Source: a virus (lineage: Duplodnaviria; Caudoviricetes). Taken from it: a stretch of 33,689 bases of DNA. Below, one piece after another: positions 1 to 8,359 of the stretch. Within the stretch, counting starts at the first letter, position 1. Every line of letters starts with the position of its first letter. Made by a program: the position numbers and the translations under genes. The notes below the pieces were generated by a model. The model saw only the letters and a program-made list of their open reading frames with translations. It ran no database searches and had not been told where the DNA came from. Location of the stretch: positions 1-33,689 of IMG/VR virus record IMGVR_UViG_3300020045_004785; one strand, 5' to 3'.

Positions 1-668
1 TTTTTATCTAACAAATCTTTAAACTCCATTTGATTGGTTCCGTTCTTTACAATCGAACCATCCAAATTAAATACTAATATTTTTTTACCATCCATTTTGA
101 AGGCATAGTTACCGGCAATTTCTTCTGCATACCATCCATTCTTGGCGTACTTATCGTAAGTATCAATGAACGAAAAATTTGCTAACTCTGCTGTTACGGC
201 ATCGGTTAAAACCTTTTGAGATTCTTTAGTTTCGTAAGCCGTCTTTACACTTTCAACCTCCAATTCCTTTGCTTTAATTGCATCGTCTTTTTCGGCTAAC
301 AATGTACGTAAATCTTCAGCCTCCTTTTTTATCTTCTCAATTTCCTCTGTCGTTTTACCCGTACCTTTTAATTCAGTTTCAAGCTGCTTAACTTTTTCTT
401 CGTGTGCCTTTACTTTAGCTTCCACCAAAGGAACCAACTCATCGAAACTTTTTGCCGTTCCTTCTGAACCTAATAGTTTTTTCATTTTACTTTCAGCCTC
501 ACCCCTTGCACGTCCGAAACTTGCTTTAACTTCCTTCTCATGCAAATCAACACTAATCATTTTTTCTCCTAATGCTGTTTTGTAATCTTCAATCGTAGTA
601 TCATCCGTTACCTCAAAATCAGGTAGGGTTGCTTTAATAATTTCTTGCTGTTCTGTTGATAGTGCCAT
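1..668 (-). CDS. Probable capsid scaffolding protein, runs off the left edge of the window
   Basis: Not in the ORF track. Manual translation from ATG at 668 (TAATG overlap with the upstream stop) gives MALSTEQQEIIKATLPDFEV..., open to position 1. K/E-rich coiled-coil character and position downstream of portal fit a scaffold (inference). Confidence 0.6.
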   Translation of the reverse strand, partial: MALSTEQQEIIKATLPDFEVTDDTTIEDYKTALGEKMISVDLHEKEVKASFGRARGEAESKMKKLLGSEGTAKSFDELVPLVEAKVKAHEEKVKQLETELKGTGKTTEEIEKIKKEAEDLRTLLAEKDDAIKAKELEVESVKTAYETKESQKVLTDAVTAELANFSFIDTYDKYAKNGWYAEEIAGNYAFKMDGKKILVFNLDGSIVKNGTNQMEFKDLLDK

Positions 669-1012
669 TATGCTGGTGTTTTAGTTGATTTACTTTCTAA
701 CTCTGCAATCTTTTTTTGAAGTGCCTCGTTAGCCTTTTTTAAGTTTTCGTTTTCAGTTGCTTTAGCCACCTTATCTCCGTCAATTCCATAAAGTGAGAAC
801 AATCCTTTTTCGTAATCTTCAACAGTCATAAAACCCTGTTTGCCTAAAAGAATTTTAAACTTTCCTTCTACATCCCTATCAAATTTCTCTTTAGGGTAAC
901 TTACTTTTTTACCAAAATCTACCGCCTCGAATTTTCTTTGGCGTTCTGTAAATCGGGAGCATACTCTCATACACTCTACCATTTCTTTTTGTTTTGCTAC
1001 TTCTGTTGCCAT
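668..1012 (-). CDS. Hypothetical head-module protein with C-terminal coiled coil
   Basis: 114-aa ORF between portal and scaffold, preceded by a promoter motif; ENENLKKANEALQKKIAELE heptad pattern. Confidence 0.7.
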   Translation of the reverse strand: MATEVAKQKEMVECMRVCSRFTERQRKFEAVDFGKKVSYPKEKFDRDVEGKFKILLGKQGFMTVEDYEKGLFSLYGIDGDKVAKATENENLKKANEALQKKIAELESKSTKTPA

Positions 1013-1028
1013 GTTGATTTAATTTATA

Positions 1029-1036
1029 CAAATATA
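1029..1036 (-). promoter_or_regulatory. Bacteroidota-type -7 promoter element (TATATTTG)
   Basis: Matches TAnnTTTG in the intergenic gap upstream of 1012; the TTTG element lies 16 nt upstream, shorter than the usual spacing. Confidence 0.6.
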
Positions 1037-1056
1037 CAAAAATTATTTAAACCAAA

Positions 1057-2907
1057 TTATACTACAGGCTCATCATCTACCATTATATCAGCCGCTTTTT
1101 TAACTTCTTTCGGGGCTAGATTATCAACCGATTTTTGCGTGTATTCGTAAATAATTGCTTCCTGTTGTTCGTATTCCATACTCCAAAAGCCCTCATGTTC
1201 TGCCTCTGCCAACATGATAAACGTACTTAGGTAATTATGTAGCACCGCCTCAAACTTTGTGCAAGTCCTATCCAGCATTGCGTTTACCTCCACACTTGAG
1301 AAGTTCCACAGCTTATCTATCTTCATTGTAAACCTTACCTCTGCTGGAATATGTGTACCATTGAAACGGGTATCAGCCCCTTCCATTACAAGCCCTTTAG
1401 TGTAGCTTGCTGGTAATCCGTCCTTTTTTGCCCCGCTTATTTCGGTGGTGATTCCGTCCGAAGTCCTAAAGTTAAAATATTGTGGTGGGCTAATCGATGG
1501 TTTTTTAAACCCTTCTCCCCATCTATAAAAGCCCATTGCCTCAATAGTGAAGTCCAGTAAATCAAAAAACTCAGCCGAAAAGTGTAACATAAAAGAATGA
1601 AATTCCTCTTTTTCTAACCATGCTCCCGTAGCGGTGTTACTTTTAGCATCTTCGGCCTCGAATAAAAACGAAAACGATTGTAATTTTTTAGCCTCAATTC
1701 TCTTATCCAGGTGGTCTAATATTTGTCCGTCCGGTGCAAAATATTGAATAGGAGGGGACATTGGTAAAGGGTTATCCTGATTTATTCCAACGGTTGCTGG
1801 TATCTCGTACACTCCTGTTGGTGAAAAGTGATTAGCCTTTCCAGTACCTTTACATGATGGGCAATTAGTTGCCACTCCGTCAAGATTTATTAATCCATTC
1901 CTACAAGCCGAGCCAGTTACTTCATCCTTATAACTACAAGAATCCGTTACTACCCCACGTATAGCATAAGCGGTTGAATAAGTACCCATCATTAAAATAG
2001 AACTCATCCTTGTTACTTCGTCAAGGTCAGGAATAGCCCCCGAATAACTCGAAGCATATAACGTATTGCCATCGTGAACTTTTAATGGTTTACCTTTTAG
2101 CTTTTGCGCTGGTAAGTAATCCCATCCATGTTCATAAATAATTCTAATATCAAAATCAGGAAGGTCGTTTTTAATTCCGATTTGTCGAGCCTCCCAAATA
2201 TTATTCTTATCGTAAAACTCAAATACTAAGCCGTCCTTTTTCCACGTATCACCTACCTTATATTTAGCGTCCGAATCAGTTAAGATAAAAAGAAAATCAT
2301 TCTGTCTAAAATCAATTACTTTTTCTTCCTCAATTATCACAGCGATTGGTTCAATCTCTTTTGATTGGTCAACGATAAAAACATTATCATCATTATACTC
2401 TCCTGGTATTTCTCTTGGCTTAACAACTAACACCTGATTAGGGAAATCAATTTTTTTATCCCTTACAATATCGAAGAAATAACTAAGTACAGAATGATAC
2501 TCAGGGTAATCAGTAAAGAAATATTTTTTTTGTTCCTCATCCCAATTCGTTATTGAATAGTTTTGGGAGTTAGATATAATTTTAGTTTTATCTTTTGCCC
2601 TATCCCATGTTGACTTTGTATAAGGTACATAAAGCCCCATTTGATATTCCCATTCTTCCTGAGATTGGTTAGGTGCTTTTGTCTTTAGAATTTCATAAGG
2701 AAAACAATCATCCGAACTATGAACTGATACTTTATAATGCTGTCTTAAACTTTCAATATAAATATCATTGAAGTCAGGAAGTTTTTTATAGTATTCATCA
2801 GCTTTAAATTTCTTGTCGAAACTCCCTAGCCAATTCTTATAACGGCTCAGCTTTATTTTGATAGCCGCTTCTTTTACTAAATCCCTTATGTATTCTTCTT
2901 CGTACAT
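1057..2907 (-). CDS. Phage portal protein with an internal Cys4 zinc-finger-like insertion
   Basis: 616 aa, upstream of the scaffold. EHGWDYLPAQKL and SNTATGAWLEKE segments are portal-like; contains CPSCKGTG. Confidence 0.7.
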   Translation of the reverse strand: MYEEEYIRDLVKEAAIKIKLSRYKNWLGSFDKKFKADEYYKKLPDFNDIYIESLRQHYKVSVHSSDDCFPYEILKTKAPNQSQEEWEYQMGLYVPYTKSTWDRAKDKTKIISNSQNYSITNWDEEQKKYFFTDYPEYHSVLSYFFDIVRDKKIDFPNQVLVVKPREIPGEYNDDNVFIVDQSKEIEPIAVIIEEEKVIDFRQNDFLFILTDSDAKYKVGDTWKKDGLVFEFYDKNNIWEARQIGIKNDLPDFDIRIIYEHGWDYLPAQKLKGKPLKVHDGNTLYASSYSGAIPDLDEVTRMSSILMMGTYSTAYAIRGVVTDSCSYKDEVTGSACRNGLINLDGVATNCPSCKGTGKANHFSPTGVYEIPATVGINQDNPLPMSPPIQYFAPDGQILDHLDKRIEAKKLQSFSFLFEAEDAKSNTATGAWLEKEEFHSFMLHFSAEFFDLLDFTIEAMGFYRWGEGFKKPSISPPQYFNFRTSDGITTEISGAKKDGLPASYTKGLVMEGADTRFNGTHIPAEVRFTMKIDKLWNFSSVEVNAMLDRTCTKFEAVLHNYLSTFIMLAEAEHEGFWSMEYEQQEAIIYEYTQKSVDNLAPKEVKKAADIMVDDEPVV

Positions 2908-2957
2908 TACCTGTTTGGTTTAGGCTTTGGTCTTGGTTTTGTGCTGCAACATTTCAT
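2907..2957 (-). CDS. 16-aa micro-ORF MKCCSTKPRPKPKPNR
   Basis: Fills the whole gap: its ATG overlaps the upstream TGA (ATGA) and its TAA overlaps the portal ATG (TAATG). Confidence 0.55.
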   Translation of the reverse strand: MKCCSTKPRPKPKPNR

Positions 2958-3862
2958 GCTCTCTTTTTTAATTTCACTTTTAACTGAACGTGCTTTTGTG
3001 CCATTAATTGATGGCTCTTATATTGGTTCTGAAAGTTATATTTTTCTTTACAATATTTTTTAATAAGCATATCGTACAAGTCATAAAGACTTTTAAATCT
3101 ACTCATCTTGCCTCCAAAGCATCCTATTAAATAACACTCCGTTTCTAATACGTCAATGCTTTTATTTTTGGTATCGAAGCAAATAGGGAAAATATTACTT
3201 ATCTTTTTCTCGTATTCTGTTCCATAACAAGGGTCTAAATCTAACTGAGCCGTTGCAAGGTTAAATGCTAATTCATCAGGATATGCACGCCCCCATAAAT
3301 GAGTTGGTGAATCATCGGTAAAATTAGATAGTGATTGTTCAAAAAACTTCAACGCTGTTTCTCCTTTTTTAAAATAAAGAAACGATGTATTGGTTTCAAA
3401 GATGGTAAACTTCTCAGGTAGTAATAATTTTAATTCATCCCATTTCATCCATATACACTTCCAATCTAAATCATCCTCCTGATACCTTCCTACAACTTGC
3501 AAATGAACGTCCTTTGTAGCACAATCAAACAACCCTTCGATTGGTTTTATTAAAAGTCCATCACCATCTAAAAAAATATTCTGCTCAAACTCACAATATT
3601 TATAGATAGAAAGTTTTGCTTTGCCAGGTGAAAAATTACCATACTTATCGAACATATCATTTTGCTCAATGTCAATAATCTTATCAAATAAAGAACGGTG
3701 AAAAGAATTTAATTCTGATTTACATTCTTCGTCTACCACAATATTAATGGGCATCGAAGGGCTGTGAAAACGGATAGAAATAGCCATATTCACAGCCCAA
3801 TGACTGTAAGTAATATTATTAATTGCTAATAATGTTACCCCCCTCATGTTAAGAGAATACAC
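2954..3862 (-). CDS. GT-A fold (GT8-like) glycosyltransferase inside the structural module
   Basis: IFLDGD (DxD motif), KAKLSIY, NTSFLYF and PDELAFN motifs resemble GT8/nucleotide-diphosphosugar transferases. Confidence 0.7.
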   Translation of the reverse strand: MYSLNMRGVTLLAINNITYSHWAVNMAISIRFHSPSMPINIVVDEECKSELNSFHRSLFDKIIDIEQNDMFDKYGNFSPGKAKLSIYKYCEFEQNIFLDGDGLLIKPIEGLFDCATKDVHLQVVGRYQEDDLDWKCIWMKWDELKLLLPEKFTIFETNTSFLYFKKGETALKFFEQSLSNFTDDSPTHLWGRAYPDELAFNLATAQLDLDPCYGTEYEKKISNIFPICFDTKNKSIDVLETECYLIGCFGGKMSRFKSLYDLYDMLIKKYCKEKYNFQNQYKSHQLMAQKHVQLKVKLKKRA

Positions 3863-4388
3863 CTACTGGAGCAGGCCGTCTTACTGGTGTTCCGTTTGGT
3901 GAGCTTTTCCACTCAACGGTAATCATATACTTCTGAAAGTCAGCCGAAAGGTCGTCATTCGCTGGCATTGCTTTGAATACACAAAGGTCTGAAAGGTTAG
4001 CCCTTACTTCATCTTGCTCAAAGTTATACCATGCTAAATAACCAATACGTCCATTCAAGGCAGCGTAATAATCATCATTGGTGTTGTTTACATTCGGGTC
4101 TTCGAAGGTGAATACGTGATTCATCTTCATAATTTTATTATCAGGCCCGTCTGCACGAGGATTAGTTTTTTCGTCCGGGGTTGGTGTTGGGTATGAACCC
4201 TTACCTTTCCCTGAGATAAAAGCATTGTTGGCCGCTTGTTCTGCTACCCATTGGGCTGCTGAACTTAGGTTAGTAAATGTATTATCCTGGTCGATGAAAA
4301 CAAATTTACTAGCACCTGGCAACAAGTCAACATCACAGTTGTTCGTGTCGTATGCTGGTAAATCGTCTGCACAATTGTTTATGCTCAT
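3849..4388 (-). CDS. Putative major tail (tube) protein
   Basis: 179 aa, acidic, beta-strand-like segments (HVFTFED, YMITVEW), has its own promoter, structural context. Function is inferred. Confidence 0.45.
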   Translation of the reverse strand: MSINNCADDLPAYDTNNCDVDLLPGASKFVFIDQDNTFTNLSSAAQWVAEQAANNAFISGKGKGSYPTPTPDEKTNPRADGPDNKIMKMNHVFTFEDPNVNNTNDDYYAALNGRIGYLAWYNFEQDEVRANLSDLCVFKAMPANDDLSADFQKYMITVEWKSSPNGTPVRRPAPVGVFS

Positions 4389-4481
4389 TTTGCATCAATT
4401 TAAAAGTTTATAAATCTTTGCTTTATGAGAAGCCCCACGTTGAAGTTTTGATATGACCTTCTAACACACTTGTAGAGATAA

Positions 4482-4489
4482 CAAATATA
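4482..4489 (-). promoter_or_regulatory. Bacteroidota-type -7 promoter element (TATATTTG)
   Basis: Exact octamer in the 4389-4499 gap, giving a leader of about 90 nt to the ATG at 4388. Confidence 0.6.
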
Positions 4490-4499
4490 ATAAAAAAAA

Positions 4500-5402
4500 C
4501 TATTTCAACCTATTTTGTATTGATTCAGGTAAATCTTCCATCTTTATATTGCCACTTGCCAGGTTCCTTTCAATAACATTTATAGGTACGTCCTTAATGC
4601 CTTTAGGGATTAGGGAATGGTTGCATTGGTAGCCTCCAAGTAAGCTAAAGATAGTGTCTTTATTGGTTCCTTGTGCTTTTCCTGCCCAACTTTCACTAGC
4701 CCAGCTTTGTATTTCTTTCATGTGCCAAACCTTGTTAACCCGTTCATCACAAAACGGCCTTGTGGTGTCTTGGGTAGGGCCAGCATAGGTGTAAAACTCT
4801 ATCCCAAACTCATCAGCCACCGCAGAAGTATAACTCCTTTCGCTTATAGAGTAAATATCCCTAGCATTTTGACGGGCATAGCGGCTAAGCCCCCCATCTA
4901 TTTGGCTGTTTCCTTGTATCTGTACCTGAAGGTTCTTTACAAGGTCTGTAAACGACCCGCTGTTGGCAATGGCATTCTGCAAAGCCCCTTCAAATGCTGT
5001 TACATTTTCACTTACCGCTGTTTCGGCTAATAGGGAAACGGCTTGCTCTTGTTTTACTTTATACAAGGCATCTAAATTACTCTTAGGCTCAAACCCTTCA
5101 ATGGTACTTTCGAAATATTTATTGTTTAAATCTTTTTGAACTTCGAACTCTTTTACAAATCCTGTTACACTCTTACCATATCCTGAACGTATAATAGCAT
5201 CTTCGAAATCCCTTCCTAGTGTTTTTATTAGCCCTAAATTCTCGTTACTCATTACGATATTACCACTAGAATCTATGGTGAGTTTATTCAGGTCTGCAAT
5301 TACATCATTGAAAATACCGTTTTGGTTTTTAACAACGGCATCTATGAAATCATTTGGTACTGATTCAAGGCGTGACAGTTTTAATCTTAGTGTATCAGGC
5401 AT
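4500..5402 (-). CDS. Phage minor capsid / head morphogenesis protein (SPP1 gp7 / Mu gpF-like)
   Basis: Helical N-terminus followed by YAGPTQDTTRPFC and GGYQCNH Cys/His motifs typical of this group. Confidence 0.7.
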   Translation of the reverse strand: MPDTLRLKLSRLESVPNDFIDAVVKNQNGIFNDVIADLNKLTIDSSGNIVMSNENLGLIKTLGRDFEDAIIRSGYGKSVTGFVKEFEVQKDLNNKYFESTIEGFEPKSNLDALYKVKQEQAVSLLAETAVSENVTAFEGALQNAIANSGSFTDLVKNLQVQIQGNSQIDGGLSRYARQNARDIYSISERSYTSAVADEFGIEFYTYAGPTQDTTRPFCDERVNKVWHMKEIQSWASESWAGKAQGTNKDTIFSLLGGYQCNHSLIPKGIKDVPINVIERNLASGNIKMEDLPESIQNRLK

Positions 5403-7183
5403 TAGTAAGTATTTCTTAAATTACCTTGATTCTTTTTCATCACTTTTGAGTTTCCTTCTGCTAATTCTGAGTCCCCCCAATTAGGCGTGTGTACGCCCGT
5501 GCATACGTATAGGACTGTATCTAAATAAACAATAGGATGCATAAGAATAACCGCTAAAGAATTATGCGCCCATGCTGGCATAAATTGCGTAGCTAATTCC
5601 TCGGCCCTGTTTAAATTATTATACGGCTGAACCTGATTGTCTAACGTTGATTTGAACGGGTCAAAATCTAATGTAGGTGTAGTGTCGTTTCGGAGTCTAC
5701 CTGGAACCCTCATTCTCATTTTGTAATTATTAGAATCGAAGAACTCTCCGAATGTAGGTTGGTCTGCTGTATATTCTACAACTACCGTACAGTCTTGGGT
5801 ATCACATACACAATAACACTCACTAAGTCCGTCCATATCTGAATAAATTGCGGTAGGTGTAACTGATACGCTGTAATTGTCAATTGAAAAAGTACAGGTA
5901 TCATCAGCCACAAAAGAAGTATAGTTTGAATCCCCTAAAGCTACTCCGCTAAAACTAACAGTCGTTGGGTCGGCCATCGTTGCTGCATCATGTGAGTAAA
6001 CTACAAAATCCCCAATTATTAAACTGAAGTTACCTACCATTGTACCACCATTGGAACTTATAGTAAATAACACATCGTAGGATTGACCTTCCTGAATTGT
6101 ACACCCTCCATTATTTAAAGCAACATTTCCAGCCGAAACAGAACTAAAATTTAACTTTCCGCCTCCTATTGTAATTCCTGGGTCTAGCGTCCAAAAATCA
6201 TTACTCGACATTCCCCCACCTCGAACCATATTACCGTCGCAAATAGTTCCATCCGTTAGACCTAAAATATAGTTTCCACAATCGGGCGCAATATGATACC
6301 ACTGAGTGCTTACAAAAACATTTCCAATGGTTAATGAATCTTCAAGTGTTCCAGTAGCGTCTAAGGCTGCATAGGCTACATATAACTCTGTTTCTGCATC
6401 GAATAAAACTAAGTTATAATCGGTTACTAATTGAAGTGCGCTAATTGATGAATCTATTGAACCTACAAAAGTAGAACTTGCTGTGATGACGAAATCAGTA
6501 TTAGTTTGACACTCCCCATAAACAGTATGGGTGCCAACGGTAGAAATAGTTGCAATAATATTATCGCCTAATTTAATTGTAAACGAACCAGCGGTAATAT
6601 CAGTTACTTCTAAATCTATTCGATACCACAATCCAATGGTTAACGCTGCATCAAAAGTAATTGTAGATGCTGCCGCTGCTGATACATAAAAATCATCAGT
6701 CGTTTGGTTATATCTGAAATTTCCGGTAGCTAAAATTGGGAGTATCTCATAATCTTCAGGAAATGATAAGAATAAATCATCTTCAATAGATAAAACAGTC
6801 GAACTATCAACAGCGGTTACGAAAGTACTTGTTAACTCTGTTGTGTTTAAAACTAACATATTTGCAAGTACTCCATCGGTTGTAAAATCTGCGCCTGTGT
6901 CGTTTAGTTTATCAGCCGTTGTAGATGTTGTTGCTCCTGCACTTATTGGAGTAAGAAAAGGCGTAATTAAATTACTTCCAGTTGTACTTGCCTTGAATTG
7001 AAATGTCATGTAATCGGTATTTAAAACCGGATGGCAATATTCGGGACCAATAAAAAAACAATTACCTAATCTTTTATGATAGGCGGTATTTTCCCAAGAG
7101 GTAAATCCATCATTTAATTCCGCTGTTGTAGGGTTAACCTTGTACAGTTGAATCGGCTGGTTAAATAAGTATTCTATATCCAT
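5402..7183 (-). CDS. Tail structural protein with probable carbohydrate-binding beta-sandwich modules
   Basis: Thr/Ser/Asp-rich; GNMVRGGGMSSNDFWTL...IDNYSV resembles CBM-like modules. The start is more likely ATG 7183 (MDIEYLF, 2 nt after the upstream stop) than 7249. Confidence 0.55.
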   Translation of the reverse strand: MDIEYLFNQPIQLYKVNPTTAELNDGFTSWENTAYHKRLGNCFFIGPEYCHPVLNTDYMTFQFKASTTGSNLITPFLTPISAGATTSTTADKLNDTGADFTTDGVLANMLVLNTTELTSTFVTAVDSSTVLSIEDDLFLSFPEDYEILPILATGNFRYNQTTDDFYVSAAAASTITFDAALTIGLWYRIDLEVTDITAGSFTIKLGDNIIATISTVGTHTVYGECQTNTDFVITASSTFVGSIDSSISALQLVTDYNLVLFDAETELYVAYAALDATGTLEDSLTIGNVFVSTQWYHIAPDCGNYILGLTDGTICDGNMVRGGGMSSNDFWTLDPGITIGGGKLNFSSVSAGNVALNNGGCTIQEGQSYDVLFTISSNGGTMVGNFSLIIGDFVVYSHDAATMADPTTVSFSGVALGDSNYTSFVADDTCTFSIDNYSVSVTPTAIYSDMDGLSECYCVCDTQDCTVVVEYTADQPTFGEFFDSNNYKMRMRVPGRLRNDTTPTLDFDPFKSTLDNQVQPYNNLNRAEELATQFMPAWAHNSLAVILMHPIVYLDTVLYVCTGVHTPNWGDSELAEGNSKVMKKNQGNLRNTY

Positions 7184-7185
7184 AG

Positions 7186-7995
7186 TTATTCTATATAAAC
7201 ATATCCTGCGCACCTTACAGTTGCAGGGTTTGTAGCCCATGTTGGACACACCATTTTTATCTGAAAGTAATCACCAGCACTAAGCGATATTCCTAATGCG
7301 GTATTACTAAATATTCTTTCATTGGTTGCTACGCCTAATGTGGCTATCAGATAATCGGTAGTATTATTTACCCTTATGTATAGGCTCCAATTTTCATTGC
7401 TTCCAGCCGTAGCGGAATTGGTATAAATTTCTGCAATATTTAAGGTTCCGGCCTTTCTTATATATACATTATTTATATTAGCTGTTGTATTCAATCCAGT
7501 AGGAAGGTGTCCAAAATAAAGAGTCTGAGCATCAAGTGGGCTACTATTATCTGCCTGAACCATTAAGGTATAGCCAAACTGTGTCATGCTGTTTATCTTA
7601 TCATAAACCGCATTTTTTGACGGTGCAACAGTTGTTACTCCAACCCAACTTGAATCGTAGGCTACATCACTTACACCTCCCGGTGGTGTACTCCAATTCC
7701 CCGTCCCATCCATGTACTCCGTTGAAACATTGGATAGCTTTTTTAAGAATCCATGTTTTGTTGTACTGGCATTATTTGTGGTTACATCGGAGGTAGATAG
7801 GTTGGCATCAGTTATTGTAAATGTTCGGTTTTGGCTTAAGTCCTGAGTAACTCCATTTACTGTAATTTCTCTTGTCGATGGAACTCTGCCAGCAACATCA
7901 GTATACAACTCAGTAAAGTTGGCATTAATAGAATTTTCAGCCGTTACCATTCTATTGGTAAGGTTTGTAGTAAATTCTATCGTTAACTGACCCAT
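7186..7995 (-). CDS. Putative tail fibre / receptor-binding protein
   Basis: INANFTELY N-terminal anchor-like motif, VPSTREITVNG and KHGFLKKL...YMDGTGNW fibre-like segments, beta-rich C-terminal head. Confidence 0.55.
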   Translation of the reverse strand: MGQLTIEFTTNLTNRMVTAENSINANFTELYTDVAGRVPSTREITVNGVTQDLSQNRTFTITDANLSTSDVTTNNASTTKHGFLKKLSNVSTEYMDGTGNWSTPPGGVSDVAYDSSWVGVTTVAPSKNAVYDKINSMTQFGYTLMVQADNSSPLDAQTLYFGHLPTGLNTTANINNVYIRKAGTLNIAEIYTNSATAGSNENWSLYIRVNNTTDYLIATLGVATNERIFSNTALGISLSAGDYFQIKMVCPTWATNPATVRCAGYVYIE

Positions 7996-8008
7996 ATTAA
8001 AATAACCT

Positions 8009-8028
8009 TAATTTTGCAACCAAATTTA
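8009..8028. promoter_or_regulatory. Opposed pair of -7 promoter elements: TAATTTTG (+, 8009-8016) and TAAATTTG (-, 8021-8028)
   Basis: Both match TAnnTTTG and lie in the 55-bp gap between the divergent fibre and lipoprotein genes. Confidence 0.45.
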
Positions 8029-8050
8029 CAAATAAATTGTTTAACGTGCT

Positions 8051-8359
8051 ATGAAACTTATCTATCTTATACCGTTTATTGCCTTGTTTGGATGCCAAAC
8101 AAAGTCCGTAACCAAAACAACAGTTCATATTCAATGCGATTCCTGTTATGCAAAGGTTCAGAATACCTCGGATAACCAAACCGAAATAGTATTTGATGGC
8201 CCAATTACCGGAACTAAAAATATTGATATGTTTAGATTCATTCATATTAATTGCATTCAGATTGTAGAGTTTCAAAACTACTCAATCGATACGCCTGTAA
8301 TTTATGCCATTGAAAACAATGACACAATACAGGGTAATGAGTTTGGGTTCTGTTTTTAA
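8051..8359 (+). CDS. Small lipoprotein, antisense to the tail operon
   Basis: MKLIYLIPFIALFG-C signal peptide II with lipobox; fills the gap between two tail genes; stop overlaps the convergent stop (TTAA). Confidence 0.75.
   Translation: MKLIYLIPFIALFGCQTKSVTKTTVHIQCDSCYAKVQNTSDNQTEIVFDGPITGTKNIDMFRFIHINCIQIVEFQNYSIDTPVIYAIENNDTIQGNEFGFCF

Noticed and set aside
7997-8275. 92-aa minus-strand ORF
   Set aside because: Shadow of the plus-strand lipoprotein, which has a clear lipobox and promoter.
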